Part shown: piece by piece, positions 1 to 9,005 of the stretch | Numbering within the stretch: the first letter of the stretch is position 1 | How the letters are laid out: every line of letters begins with the position of its first letter | Source of the DNA: Verrucomicrobiota bacterium | GTDB taxonomy: Bacteria > Verrucomicrobiota > Lentisphaeria > Lentisphaerales > Lentisphaeraceae | Direction of reading: 5' to 3' | Assembly (NCBI GenBank): GCA_039798785.1 | Contig: JBDKFG010000044.1 | Location: 1 to 40,183, forward strand | Length of the DNA stretch: 40,183 nucleotides | Position numbers and translations under genes: made by a program | The notes under the pieces: generated by a model | Database searches by the model: none | The model's input: the letters and a program-made list of their open reading frames with translations, nothing else | What the model was told of the DNA's origin: nothing

Positions 1-54
1 AAATCTTTGATTTTGTTCGCGTTCTGTTGAATCTTGAATTTTGAATCTTGAATC

Positions 55-92
55 GGATTCCCGAGCTGAGCCCAAGCTCAGCTTCGGAATCC
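55..92 (-). terminator. hairpin directly after the prkA stop (terminator or REP-like)
   Basis: GGATTC-CCGAGCTGAGC-CCAA-GCTCAGCTTCG-GAATCC imperfect inverted repeat, no clear U-tract. Confidence 0.4.
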
Positions 93-96
93 AGGT

Positions 97-2322
97 TCAG
101 TTGGTGGTGACGATCGACGAGGCGTTGGCGGTGATCACCAGGGCCTGGAAGGCGCACTTGCCGCAGTAGCCCTTGGTCTCCACCAGGTAGCGGATGGTGT
201 CGTTGAGCTGCTGCTGCTCCTTCGAGTTGACCGAGGCGGAGGAAGTGCCCGACTTGATCCAGCCGAGGAGCTTGAGGTTTTCACCGGACTTGAACTCGTT
301 CTCGAAGACGTATTTCTTGATCGCGTTCTGGTAGCTCGGCTCGTCAGCCAGCAGGACTTGATAGGAGACCGAGGCGATGGCGTCAGAAAGCTCCTTGCGG
401 AAGACGTCGCGGTCGGCGATGCCGAGGTAGCCTTCGACCGTCTGCATGAACTTCTCGTCGGGCTTGACGTCGGCCTGGGTGACCTCGTGTTTCACCGTGC
501 TGTTGTGGGCGTAGGCGCGGACGTGGTCGGTGTATTTCTTCCAGGTGGTTTCGACGACGCTGTCGTCACGCAGGACGGCGGAGTAGACGTCGGAGGCAAT
601 CTGGCCGAAGATCCAGGATTTTGCCTGAGGCAGGACCTTTTCGGCGTAATGGGAGAGCTTGGCCTTTTGCGAGGCGAAGGATTCCTTCACCATGTTTTCG
701 AGGCGGACGTGGAGGTCGAGGGGGGTGGAGCAAGGATTTTCGAGGGCGATGGAGTGCAGCATCGAGCGTTCGTTGGCGTCGGCCTTGAGGCGCTGGATGT
801 TGGCGTGGTATTCGCTGACCTGGAAGTGCTCGGTGGTTTCGAAGACGTTCTGGATGAAGCGGGGGTCGAGGCCGAAGGTGCCTTCGGAAGGCTTGATGAA
901 CTCGAATTCGTCGAGCATCGCCTTGGCCATGTTATTGTCGACTCCCGAGTCGGAGCGGCCGGCGTAGATCAAGGCCTTCTGGAGAAGAGTGATGTTGGGA
1001 TTGCGCTTCGACTCGTAGAGGCGGCTCATCGAGCTGACCAGCGACAGGTATTCGAGCGAATGCGGGGCGACGTGGCAGATGTGTTTGCGGTCGCGGTGCC
1101 AGCGGCGCGAGTTGTTGGAATAGGTGTGCGAGTAGATGTGTTCTTCTTCCTTGAAGTTCACCGACAGCGGCATTTCGATGAAGTTGGTGCGCGACCGCAG
1201 GGCCTCGAAGGAGCCGTTGCTCATGAACATGTTGTATTCATGGAAGTTGGTGTGGCCGATGATCACCCCGTTGAAGGGGATGGGCGGCTGGCCTTCCGGC
1301 TTGAAGAAGCGGTCCTGGGTGGCGAAGAGCAGCTCGTAGAGGAACTTGTCGGAGAGCTTGAGGATCTCGTGGATTTCGACGAAGCCGTTGGCGCCGGCGC
1401 AGAGCTCGCCCTTGTAGTCATGCACGAGCGGGTGCGACTCGGAGCCGAAGCGGGGCAGGAGCGAGTAGTCGATGTTGCCGACCAGCGAACCGGCCTCCTG
1501 CGACTTCTCGTCGCGCGGGGTGTAGGAGCCGATGCCCGACTTGGTGCGGGCGTCGAAGACCAGGCGCTTGACCTTGAGGAAGCTGAGCATGGTGGCGAAG
1601 TCGAGCTTCTTGGCGGCCATGAAGTCTTCCATCACCTGCTGGGCGTAGGGGGAGATGCGGCCGTCGATCTTGATCCGGAATTCGCCGTCGTAATGCGGGT
1701 GCTTGGCGAGGAAGGCCTGCACCGCAGCGGGGTCGACCGAGGCGTTGAGGTCGGCCTCGAAATCAGCCCGGGCTTCGTCGGGGATGACCTGCAGGGGGCG
1801 CTCGAAGAGCGGCGCGGGGATGTACCAGACGCCCTTCTCCTCAAGGATGGCGCGGTCCTTGAGGCGGACGTCGACGCTGGGGAGGAGGAGGAAGTAGTTC
1901 TTGCCGCTGTCCGATTTCGAGTAGCGGTGGAGGGCGGTCTTGACCGCGTCCATGCTGCGCGACTTGGCCGAACCGGGAGGCCCGAGGAGGATCCACAGGC
2001 GTTTGGCGGCCTCGGCGCCGCGGGCAGCGTTGTCGATTTTTTCGACAAGGTTCTCCTTGGCCTTCTGCTGGCCAAAGACGATGGAGGAGCCGACCAGGGC
2101 CTGGTTCTCGAAGAACTGGTAGCGGTGCTTGACTGGCTTGCCGATGACGATGCTGTGCTCGACGCCGCTGGTCAGCATCATGTCGTGGAGGATCTGCACC
2201 GAGTTGCGCGTGATCCAGGGTTCGCGCCTGACCAAGTCGAGATAGTCGCCATAGGAGAGGACTTCGTCGGTGGCGGTGCTGTGGCCGAGACGGCCGCCCA
2301 GTTTTTCAAGAATGCTGCTCAT
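97..2322 (-). CDS. prkA: PrkA/YeaG-family AAA+ serine protein kinase
   Basis: Walker A LGPPGSAKS, GELCAGANGFVEIHEILK, IIGHTNFHEY, EALRSR, EGTFGLDPRF and C-terminal GYCGKCA match the PrkA pattern. Start moved to ATG 2322, which has a GGAGG SD. Confidence 0.85.
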   Translation of the reverse strand: MSSILEKLGGRLGHSTATDEVLSYGDYLDLVRREPWITRNSVQILHDMMLTSGVEHSIVIGKPVKHRYQFFENQALVGSSIVFGQQKAKENLVEKIDNAARGAEAAKRLWILLGPPGSAKSRSMDAVKTALHRYSKSDSGKNYFLLLPSVDVRLKDRAILEEKGVWYIPAPLFERPLQVIPDEARADFEADLNASVDPAAVQAFLAKHPHYDGEFRIKIDGRISPYAQQVMEDFMAAKKLDFATMLSFLKVKRLVFDARTKSGIGSYTPRDEKSQEAGSLVGNIDYSLLPRFGSESHPLVHDYKGELCAGANGFVEIHEILKLSDKFLYELLFATQDRFFKPEGQPPIPFNGVIIGHTNFHEYNMFMSNGSFEALRSRTNFIEMPLSVNFKEEEHIYSHTYSNNSRRWHRDRKHICHVAPHSLEYLSLVSSMSRLYESKRNPNITLLQKALIYAGRSDSGVDNNMAKAMLDEFEFIKPSEGTFGLDPRFIQNVFETTEHFQVSEYHANIQRLKADANERSMLHSIALENPCSTPLDLHVRLENMVKESFASQKAKLSHYAEKVLPQAKSWIFGQIASDVYSAVLRDDSVVETTWKKYTDHVRAYAHNSTVKHEVTQADVKPDEKFMQTVEGYLGIADRDVFRKELSDAIASVSYQVLLADEPSYQNAIKKYVFENEFKSGENLKLLGWIKSGTSSASVNSKEQQQLNDTIRYLVETKGYCGKCAFQALVITANASSIVTTN

Positions 2323-2410
2323 GTGCGCTCCTCCTGTGCTGGTGCCGGTGGCCGGCCCCGATTCGATAAACGGCGTCGGGCTCAGCAGAAGCAAGAAGCG
2401 TGCCTGGCGA

Positions 2411-2445
2411 CAAAGAGGGAGGGGCCGCTCTTGCGAGCGGCCCCT
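2411..2445 (-). terminator. intrinsic terminator after tRNA-Pro
   Basis: Minus strand AGGGGCCGCTC-GCAA-GAGCGGCCCCT, an 11-bp stem with a GNRA loop, followed by CCCTCTTTG. Confidence 0.7.
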
Positions 2446-2453
2446 TGTGTTTG

Positions 2454-2530
2454 TGGTCGGAACGACAGGATTTGAACCTGCGACACCAAGTCCCCCAGAC
2501 TTGTGCGCTACCAGGCTGCGCTACGTTCCG
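2454..2530 (-). tRNA. tRNA-Pro(GGG)
   Basis: Reverse complement CGGAACGTAGCGCAGCCTGGTAGCGCACAAGTCTGGGGGACTTGGTGTCGCAGGTTCAAATCCTGTCGTTCCGACCA: 77 nt, cloverleaf, GGG anticodon, TTCAAAT T-loop, encoded CCA. Confidence 0.97.
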
Positions 2531-2546
2531 TTCTTGGACGGCTTTG

Positions 2547-2574
2547 ACTTTATCGTGACTAAGTCCGGCGTCAA
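2547..2574 (-). promoter_or_regulatory. sigma70-like promoter of tRNA-Pro
   Basis: Minus strand TTGACG-N16-TAAAGT, 16 nt upstream of the tRNA. Confidence 0.6.
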
Positions 2575-2717
2575 GGCGCTTTGAGTTGATTTTGATCAGA
2601 AAATCCAGAGGCTTTCGGCAGTTCCGGCGGCGAAACGGTTTGGCCGGGAAGCCGCTTGGCGGAAAACGCGAAAACCCGGTGCCGATCGGGCTCCGGGCGG
2701 CAGGAGGAGCGCGGGAT

Positions 2718-3389
2718 TCAGTCGATCTTGATCAGCGCCAGGATCTGGCCCAGGTGTTCCCCGTCGATATCCATGTCGCTGCGCTTGACCAGGAAGCGCT
2801 GCCCGCAGATCTCATAGTTCGCCGAGCTGCGGCTGCGATCATGCAGAAGGGCGACCACTTCGCTGGGGAAGATCATGTCGGCAGGCATGCCGAAGGGGGA
2901 GACCGGCAGTTCAGCCAAGACCTTGTGGGCTTCCGCGTTGACGAGGACGACGCAACCCAGGTCGTCGACGCCAACAATCCCCACCGGCATCTGCTCGAGA
3001 AGCGCGATGCGCATTTCGTTCTGGCGGCTGAGCTGCCGGACTCTCTGGGCGAGGCCTTGAGCGATCTCCTCGAGGGTCGAGGCGTTGTCGCGGGCCGATT
3101 CATAAGCCGCCAGGTTGCTGCGGCGGGTTTCGAACTGCATCCAGGCACGGCGGACTTCGCGAGCCAGGGTTTCCGGCTTGGTGGCGCTGTCCGGCGAGAC
3201 ATAAATCAAGGCGCTGCCTGGGGGCGCCCTGAAGAAGGGGTCGTCGGTCACCACCACGGCGGGAGCCGCGTCGGGGAGGATTTCCGGGAATTCCCCCGGA
3301 AGGTCGGCGTCGGAGCCAAGGAGGGAAAGCAGGCGGAGCCGTGCTTCCTTGTCCTTGAGCTGGACGACTATGTCTGTGTTGGCGATCAT
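2718..3389 (-). CDS. PAS-domain protein with a degenerate receiver-like N-terminus
   Basis: LLEQMPVGIVGVDDLGCVVLVNAEA is a PAS start, preceded by a coiled-coil-like helix. ATG 3389 has GAGGGG upstream. Confidence 0.7.
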   Translation of the reverse strand: MIANTDIVVQLKDKEARLRLLSLLGSDADLPGEFPEILPDAAPAVVVTDDPFFRAPPGSALIYVSPDSATKPETLAREVRRAWMQFETRRSNLAAYESARDNASTLEEIAQGLAQRVRQLSRQNEMRIALLEQMPVGIVGVDDLGCVVLVNAEAHKVLAELPVSPFGMPADMIFPSEVVALLHDRSRSSANYEICGQRFLVKRSDMDIDGEHLGQILALIKID

Positions 3390-3494
3390 GGTTCTTCCCC
3401 TCGTTGGCCATCGGCTTTCGGCAGCTTGCCGCCGCTCTTTAACGATTTTCCCGATTTTTTTTGATTCCCCTTGGCGGGCTTGCTTCGAGCGGTC

Positions 3495-3511
3495 TTGACA
3501 CATTATAATGT
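3495..3511. promoter_or_regulatory. palindromic -10 element between divergent signalling genes
   Basis: ACATTATAATGT (3500-3511) is a perfect palindrome giving TATAAT on both strands. The plus-strand TATAAT ends 6 nt before ATG 3516. Confidence 0.55.
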
Positions 3512-3515
3512 CGGC

Positions 3516-6083
3516 ATGAATGAATTTTCCACAAGTCTTCCTTCCGTGCCCTTGGAACTGCTGCCGATGCCGGCACTGCTTCTCGGTCGCGATGGCGTGA
3601 TCCAGGGAGCGAACCCGGGAGCCTGTCAGCTTCTCGGAGGCGGTACGCCATTGGCCGGCCGGGCCATCGCCGGCATGCTGCCCCCCTCCTTCCAGAAAAA
3701 CCATCTCCTCGGCGGGGCCGATCGCGACGCCGTCGGCGAGATCGAGTTCAACCTTCCTGCCGGGATCCTGCCCGCCAAGGTTCGCGTCCAGTGGCGCGGC
3801 GGCATCGGGCTGATGCTGCTGGAGGATCTTCGGTCGCAGCGCCGGCGCGACAAGCAGATCGCCCTGCGGGACAGCTTCCGCGCCGCCATCCTCGATTCCG
3901 CCAGCTATGCGATCATTTCGGCTGACACCGAAGGCTCCATCCTCTTCTTCAACCCCGCCGCGGAGAAGATGCTCGGCTGGAGCGCGTCGGAGCTGGTCGG
4001 CCGCCAGACACCGGCGATCTTCCATGATCCCGACGAGGTCGCCGCCGAGGCGGCGGCGCTGAGTCGCGAATTCAACCAGGAGATAGCTCCCGGCTTCCGC
4101 GTCTTCGTCCATCGCAGCGACCTCAATCTGCCCAACGAGCGGATCTGGACCTACATCCGGCGCGATGGACGGAGGATCCAGGTCAACCTGTCGATCACTG
4201 CGGTCCGCGACAGCGGCCAGCTCCTCGGCTACACCGGCATCGCCGTCGACGTCACTGAGAAGCTGCTGACCGAAAACCAGCTCAAGAACCTGATCCGAGC
4301 GCTTGAGCATCACGCCATCGTCGCCATCACGGACGCCAAGGGCGACATTACTTATTGCAACGAGCTTTTCTGCAAAATCAGCGGCTACTCACGCGACGAG
4401 CTTCTCGGGCGGAATCACCGGATCCTCAATTCCGGGCATCATCCGCGCGACTTCTTCGTCGACATGTGGCGGCAGATCGCCTCGGGCCGGATTTGGCAGG
4501 GCGAGGTCCGCAACCGGGCCAAGGACGGGCGGCTCTATTGGGTGTCGACGACGATCATGCCCGTCCTCGGGCGCGACGGCCGTCCCGAGCAGTATGTCTC
4601 GATGCGCACCGACATCACTGCCATCAAGGATGCCGAGATCGCCATGGCGCAGGCCCGCCAGGCGGCCGAATCCGCCGCCCAGGCGAAGGGGGACTTCCTC
4701 GCCAACATGAGCCACGAGATCAGAACTCCCCTCAATGGCGTCATCGGCATGACCCAGGTGCTTCTTGACGGCCAGCTCAGCCCGGAGCAGCGCGAGAACG
4801 CCGATCTCATCCGCAGCAGCGGCGAAACCCTTCTCAGCCTGCTCAATGACATTCTCGACTTCTCCAAGATTGAAGCCAAGCAGGTCGGGATCGAGAGCAT
4901 CCCCTTCGACCTGCGACGGCTTGCCGAGGAGTGCGCCGACACTCATGCGCTGTCCGCGTATCTCAAGGATGTCGGACTGCACTTGCTGCTCGACCCCGGC
5001 CTGCCGGAGCAGTTTCGTGGCGATCCGATGCGGCTCAAGCAGGTCCTCAACAACCTGCTTGGCAACGCGGTGAAATTCACGGCCGCCGGCAGCGTCGCCC
5101 TGGAAATCCGCTGGTCGCCCGCTGGCGGTCTCGGTTTCTCGGTCAGCGACACCGGCATCGGCATTCCTCAGGACAAGCTGGCGAAGCTCTTCCAGCCTTT
5201 TTCGCAGGTCGACAATTCGATCAGCAGGCGCTTCGGCGGCACCGGGCTGGGCCTGGTCATCTCCCAGGCTCTTGTCAATCTGATGGGGGGGCGCATCGAA
5301 GTTGACAGCCGGGAAGGCGGCGGCACCACTTTCCGCTTCTCCCTGTCGCTCCCTCCGCTCGAATTAAGCGCAGCGACTCCCTGTGCCACTTCCTTCCGGC
5401 TGCTCGGCGGCAGTCCTGCCGCACGGCGCGAAGCCGTGATGGCCGTCGAAAGTCTTGGCGCCCGCCTTGAGGACGACGGTGAGGTGCTGCTCTGCCTCGA
5501 TCCCCAGGCGATTCCCCAGGGGAGCTTCCGCAAGCGCTTCCTCTTGCTTCCGCGCGCTGCCTGCGGCAAGGCGGGCGATTTCCGGCAGGACGGCTGGGAT
5601 GCCCTTCTGCCCCAGCCGCTGCACCGCGAGGTCCTGCGCCAGGCCCTCGGATCCGGGGACGTGACGAGCGAAGCCCGCCACGCCCTGCCGATGCCGGTCA
5701 AGCAGGGGCGCATCCTGGTCGCCGAGGACAACCCTGTCAACCAGAAAGTGATCAGCAAGATCCTGCTCAAGATGGGGCAGAGCTTCCTGCTTGCCGAGAA
5801 CGGCCGGGTCGCCATGGAGCAGTTCAGTCTTGACGGATCGATTGACCTCATCCTGATGGATCTGATGATGCCGGAGATGGACGGCCACGAAGCGACGCGC
5901 CGGATCCGCCAGCTCCCCGGAGGCGAGGCGGTGCCGATCATCGCCCTCACCGCCAGCGCCATGGAGTCGGAGCGGCAAGCCTGCCTGTCGGCGGGCATGA
6001 ACGAATACCTGACCAAGCCGGTTTCCGCTCAGGCCCTGCAGAAAATCCTGGATCGCTTCCTGCCTGAAAAAGAGAGCCGATGA
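3516..6083 (+). CDS. cytoplasmic PAS-PAS-PAS hybrid sensor histidine kinase/response regulator
   Basis: H-box FLANMSHEIRTPLNG, N-box QVLNNLLGNAVKFT, G1 DTGIG, G2 GGTGLGL, receiver ILVAEDN...ILMDLMMP...LTKP. No transmembrane segment seen. Confidence 0.95.
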   Translation: MNEFSTSLPSVPLELLPMPALLLGRDGVIQGANPGACQLLGGGTPLAGRAIAGMLPPSFQKNHLLGGADRDAVGEIEFNLPAGILPAKVRVQWRGGIGLMLLEDLRSQRRRDKQIALRDSFRAAILDSASYAIISADTEGSILFFNPAAEKMLGWSASELVGRQTPAIFHDPDEVAAEAAALSREFNQEIAPGFRVFVHRSDLNLPNERIWTYIRRDGRRIQVNLSITAVRDSGQLLGYTGIAVDVTEKLLTENQLKNLIRALEHHAIVAITDAKGDITYCNELFCKISGYSRDELLGRNHRILNSGHHPRDFFVDMWRQIASGRIWQGEVRNRAKDGRLYWVSTTIMPVLGRDGRPEQYVSMRTDITAIKDAEIAMAQARQAAESAAQAKGDFLANMSHEIRTPLNGVIGMTQVLLDGQLSPEQRENADLIRSSGETLLSLLNDILDFSKIEAKQVGIESIPFDLRRLAEECADTHALSAYLKDVGLHLLLDPGLPEQFRGDPMRLKQVLNNLLGNAVKFTAAGSVALEIRWSPAGGLGFSVSDTGIGIPQDKLAKLFQPFSQVDNSISRRFGGTGLGLVISQALVNLMGGRIEVDSREGGGTTFRFSLSLPPLELSAATPCATSFRLLGGSPAARREAVMAVESLGARLEDDGEVLLCLDPQAIPQGSFRKRFLLLPRAACGKAGDFRQDGWDALLPQPLHREVLRQALGSGDVTSEARHALPMPVKQGRILVAEDNPVNQKVISKILLKMGQSFLLAENGRVAMEQFSLDGSIDLILMDLMMPEMDGHEATRRIRQLPGGEAVPIIALTASAMESERQACLSAGMNEYLTKPVSAQALQKILDRFLPEKESR

Positions 6084-6207
6084 AACTTCCCGCGGGGAGG
6101 GGCTTGCAAATTCTTGAAGCGCATTTAACGTCCTCTCCCCGCGCCCAGGCTGCCAACCAGCCCCCAGAGGCTTGGGCCAAGTTTCACGACACCAGCAGGA
6201 GCTCCAC

Positions 6208-6363
6208 ATGTCCATCCACCAGTCCCTCAAGAAAAAAGGCACCGTCGGTGTCAAGAAGAACGTCATGAAGCGCTACCAGCGCGTCAACCAGCTCAAGGCC
6301 GAAGGCCGCTGGAAAGAAGGCGACGCCGTTCTCGGTCTCCCCAAGACCAAGATCCTCGGCTGA
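6208..6363 (+). CDS. PVC-superphylum small basic signature protein (TIGR04137-like)
   Basis: MSIHQSLK...KKNVMKRYQRV...LK.EGRW.EG..VLGLPKTK, 51 aa, AGGAG SD. Confidence 0.9.
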   Translation: MSIHQSLKKKGTVGVKKNVMKRYQRVNQLKAEGRWKEGDAVLGLPKTKILG

Positions 6364-6389
6364 TCCGGATTTCACCCCGGTGAAATCGC

Positions 6390-6431
6390 AAGGACGGGCT
6401 GGCTTCCGCCATGCCCCGTCCTTTTTCGTTT
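6390..6431 (+). terminator. intrinsic terminator
   Basis: AAGGACGGG...CCCGTCCTT stem followed by TTTCGTTT. Confidence 0.7.
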
Positions 6432-6445
6432 AATCAGGAGTTCCC

Positions 6446-7387
6446 ATGAGCGATCCCGCCCCGATTTCCGCCTGGCGACGCGCCATCCCCAACCTTCTCA
6501 CCTTGGGCAACGCGCTCTGCGGCTTCACCGCCATCATCATCTGCCTCCAGGCCTACGAGGTCTTCCTGCTCAAGGGAGCTGGCCATGGCGCCTCCACGGT
6601 GCTGGACGAAAGCTCCGACATCCTCGCCAATATCTTTGCCGGCTGCGCCTGGCTCATCCTTTTCGCCATGGTTTTCGATGCCCTCGACGGCTGGGCCGCC
6701 CGCAAGCTCCGATCCACCTCCTCCATCGGCATCGAGATGGATTCTCTCGCCGACATGATCACCTTCGGACTCACCCCCGCGGTCATCTGCTACATCTATG
6801 CCCACATCTCCCAGACCCTCGGGCTCTGGCAGGGCTGGGGCCGCTACGATCGCACACTTTGGGTCTGTTGCGCCGTCTACGTCTCCTGCGCCGCCCTGCG
6901 TCTGGCCCGCTACAACGTCAAGGCATGGGAGCAGTCGATGCTGCCGCCAGCCGAGCGAGCCAAGGAAGAAGGCTTCACCGGCATCCCCTCTCCCGGCGCC
7001 GCCTCCGGCATCTGCTCCATCATCCTGATGGCCAATTCCCCGGTCTTCGTCGGCGCCGAGTCTCTCGATCTGCCAGCCTGGGTCATCACCGTCTTCCTGC
7101 CCTGCTACTGCGTCATCCTCGGCGCCCTGATGGTCTCTCACATCCCCTATCCTCATGTCGGCAAGTGGCTGCTTTCCGGCAAGAGCCTGCCGAGGAAGCT
7201 CCTGGTCCTCAGCGCCTTGCTCCTCACCACAGCCGGGGAGACGCTCTACACCCGTCACGCCCCGGTGATCACTGCCGCCGTCGTCATCACCCTCTACATC
7301 CTCTCCGGACCTCTCCTCCTGCTCCTTCGCTGGTTCGGCCAGAAAATCCGTGCCGGTCATGAAGAGGACGATGAATCTCCGGCTTGA
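6446..7387 (+). CDS. pssA: CDP-alcohol phosphatidyltransferase (phosphatidylserine synthase type)
   Basis: IPNLLTLGN, DALDGWAARKL...GIEMDSLADMITFG, ALRLARYN, FTGIPSP, LMVS motifs. Confidence 0.88.
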   Translation: MSDPAPISAWRRAIPNLLTLGNALCGFTAIIICLQAYEVFLLKGAGHGASTVLDESSDILANIFAGCAWLILFAMVFDALDGWAARKLRSTSSIGIEMDSLADMITFGLTPAVICYIYAHISQTLGLWQGWGRYDRTLWVCCAVYVSCAALRLARYNVKAWEQSMLPPAERAKEEGFTGIPSPGAASGICSIILMANSPVFVGAESLDLPAWVITVFLPCYCVILGALMVSHIPYPHVGKWLLSGKSLPRKLLVLSALLLTTAGETLYTRHAPVITAAVVITLYILSGPLLLLLRWFGQKIRAGHEEDDESPA

Positions 7388-7546
7388 CGAAAAACTGCAA
7401 TTGAGGCTGGGCTTCACAGTCCTTAAGTGAGTGTTGTTGCAGCTAATCCTTTCAACCTTTCAACCTTTCAACCTCCGTTTTTAGCTTGACTGACGCCACG
7501 GACGCAGGCAAATTGCGCCGCACCTCAAACCCCATCGGAGCCCCGT

Positions 7547-8116
7547 ATGAGCCAAATGACTCCTGAAACCGTCGTCGCCGAGACCCGTAAAAAAATGGAA
7601 GGCGGCATCGAGCATTACAAAAAACACCTCAGCTCCCTCCGCACCGGCAAGGCTTCCACCTCGCTGGTCCAGGACATCCCCGTCCACGCCTACGGATCCA
7701 CCATGAAGATGAACGCCGTCGGCAACATCAACACGCCTGACACCCGCACCATCACCATCACTCCCTACGACCCTTCCACCATCAACGACATCATGAAAGC
7801 CATCCAAGCCTCCGGCATCGGCATCAACCCGATGTCCGACGGCAAGATCATCCGACTCCCTCTGCCGGAACTCTCCGAGGAGCGCCGCAAGGACATGGTC
7901 AAGATCCTCAAGGCCAAAGGCGAGGAGTACAAGGTCGAGATGCGCAATCTGCGTCGCGAAGCCAACGAAGCGGTGAAGAAATTCGAGAAGGACCTGTCGC
8001 TCTCCCAGGATGAAGCCAAGCGCCTCAACGATCAGATCCAGAAGCTCACCGACGGCAAGATCGAAGAGCTCAATAAGCTCGCCGTCGACAAGGAGAAGGA
8101 GCTTCTCACCGTTTGA
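7547..8116 (+). CDS. frr: ribosome recycling factor
   Basis: LRTGKAS, INPMSDGKIIRLPLPELSEERRK, RNLRR, IQKLTD, KEKELL. Confidence 0.97.
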   Translation: MSQMTPETVVAETRKKMEGGIEHYKKHLSSLRTGKASTSLVQDIPVHAYGSTMKMNAVGNINTPDTRTITITPYDPSTINDIMKAIQASGIGINPMSDGKIIRLPLPELSEERRKDMVKILKAKGEEYKVEMRNLRREANEAVKKFEKDLSLSQDEAKRLNDQIQKLTDGKIEELNKLAVDKEKELLTV

Positions 8117-8175
8117 GATCCGAGCCCCCGGGGTGAACCCCCGGTGGCCATGCCAAAGCAGCGAAGAGTTCATGT

Positions 8176-8256
8176 TTTGTAGCCCCGGCTTTAGCCGGTC
8201 GTTGAGCTCAAAAATTAGGAGCTTCAGAACAAGCCGGCTAAAGCCGGAACGACAAA
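8176..8256. repeat. inverted pair of GTAG-type REP-like palindromes (REPIN-like)
   Basis: TTTGTAGCCCCGGCTTTAGCCGG (8176-8198) and CCGGCTAAAGCCGGAACGACAAA (8234-8256) are near reverse complements. Confidence 0.7.
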
Positions 8257-8325
8257 CTTGAGCTCAAAACGAAGGCCTCGTGCTGGCGCTGCTGCTTAAT
8301 TCTAAATTCTTAATTATAAATTCCC

Positions 8326-8916
8326 ATGACCCACCCCGAAATCCGCCTTGACCGCATCGTCACCCGTGGCGGTGATGGCGGCAGCGCCGCCCTTCCTGAC
8401 GGCACCCGGCTGCCCAAGGATCACCCTCGCTTTGAGGCCATGGGCTTGATCGACGAGCTCAACTGCCGTCTCGGCTCGGCCCGTCTCTGCGCCGCGGCAA
8501 TGCCAGGGGCGGAGGAGCTCGCCAGACGCTTGCGCCGCATCCAGGACCGTTGCTTCGACTGCGGCAGTCTCCTCACCAGCCCTGCGGCGCAACGCCATCC
8601 CTCTCTGCGCCGCCTCGCTCAGTCCGACCTCGATGAGCTCGAGACTTGGGTGGCCTTGATCAATCCCAACCTCATTCCTTTGAAATCCTTCGTCCTTCCC
8701 GGCGCCACCGAGCTCTCCTCGCGTCTGCACCTCGCCCGCTCCGCCGCCCGCAGCGCCGAAAGGGCCGCGAGCGTCATCTTCCGCGAAGAGCTGCCCGACG
8801 TTGATTCAGCCTTGGCGCTCGCTTGGATAAACCGTCTCTCAGACTGGCTCTTCGTCGAAAGCCGCGCCGCCGTCCAGCTCGAAGGAGCCCAGGAGATCTT
8901 GTGGGGAGCGACTTAG
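8326..8916 (+). CDS. PduO-type cob(I)alamin adenosyltransferase
   Basis: IVTRGGDGG, EAMGLIDELN, IQDRCFDCG, FVLPG, LHLARSAARSAER, INRLSDWLF. Confidence 0.92.
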   Translation: MTHPEIRLDRIVTRGGDGGSAALPDGTRLPKDHPRFEAMGLIDELNCRLGSARLCAAAMPGAEELARRLRRIQDRCFDCGSLLTSPAAQRHPSLRRLAQSDLDELETWVALINPNLIPLKSFVLPGATELSSRLHLARSAARSAERAASVIFREELPDVDSALALAWINRLSDWLFVESRAAVQLEGAQEILWGAT

Positions 8917-9005
8917 AGCTTCAAAGTTTAAGGTTTAATGTTGAACCGCAGCTCCCTCTCCGTCCCATCCATTCCATGCAACCCCTAACCCTAAAACCCC
9001 CTACC

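Noticed and set aside
358..2475. 705-aa plus-strand ORF (likewise 17896-20466, 14486-15982, 29690-31225, 36989-38407, 38417-39649)
   Set aside because: Antisense shadows of well-supported genes, expected with high GC3 codon bias; no motifs of their own.
2454..2530. tRNA-Pro as an island integration site
   Set aside because: No integrase and no duplicated tRNA 3-prime end seen in the window.
3390..4313. N-terminal extension of the 531-aa minus-strand ORF
   Set aside because: Overlaps the histidine kinase antisense; a start with an SD exists at 3389.
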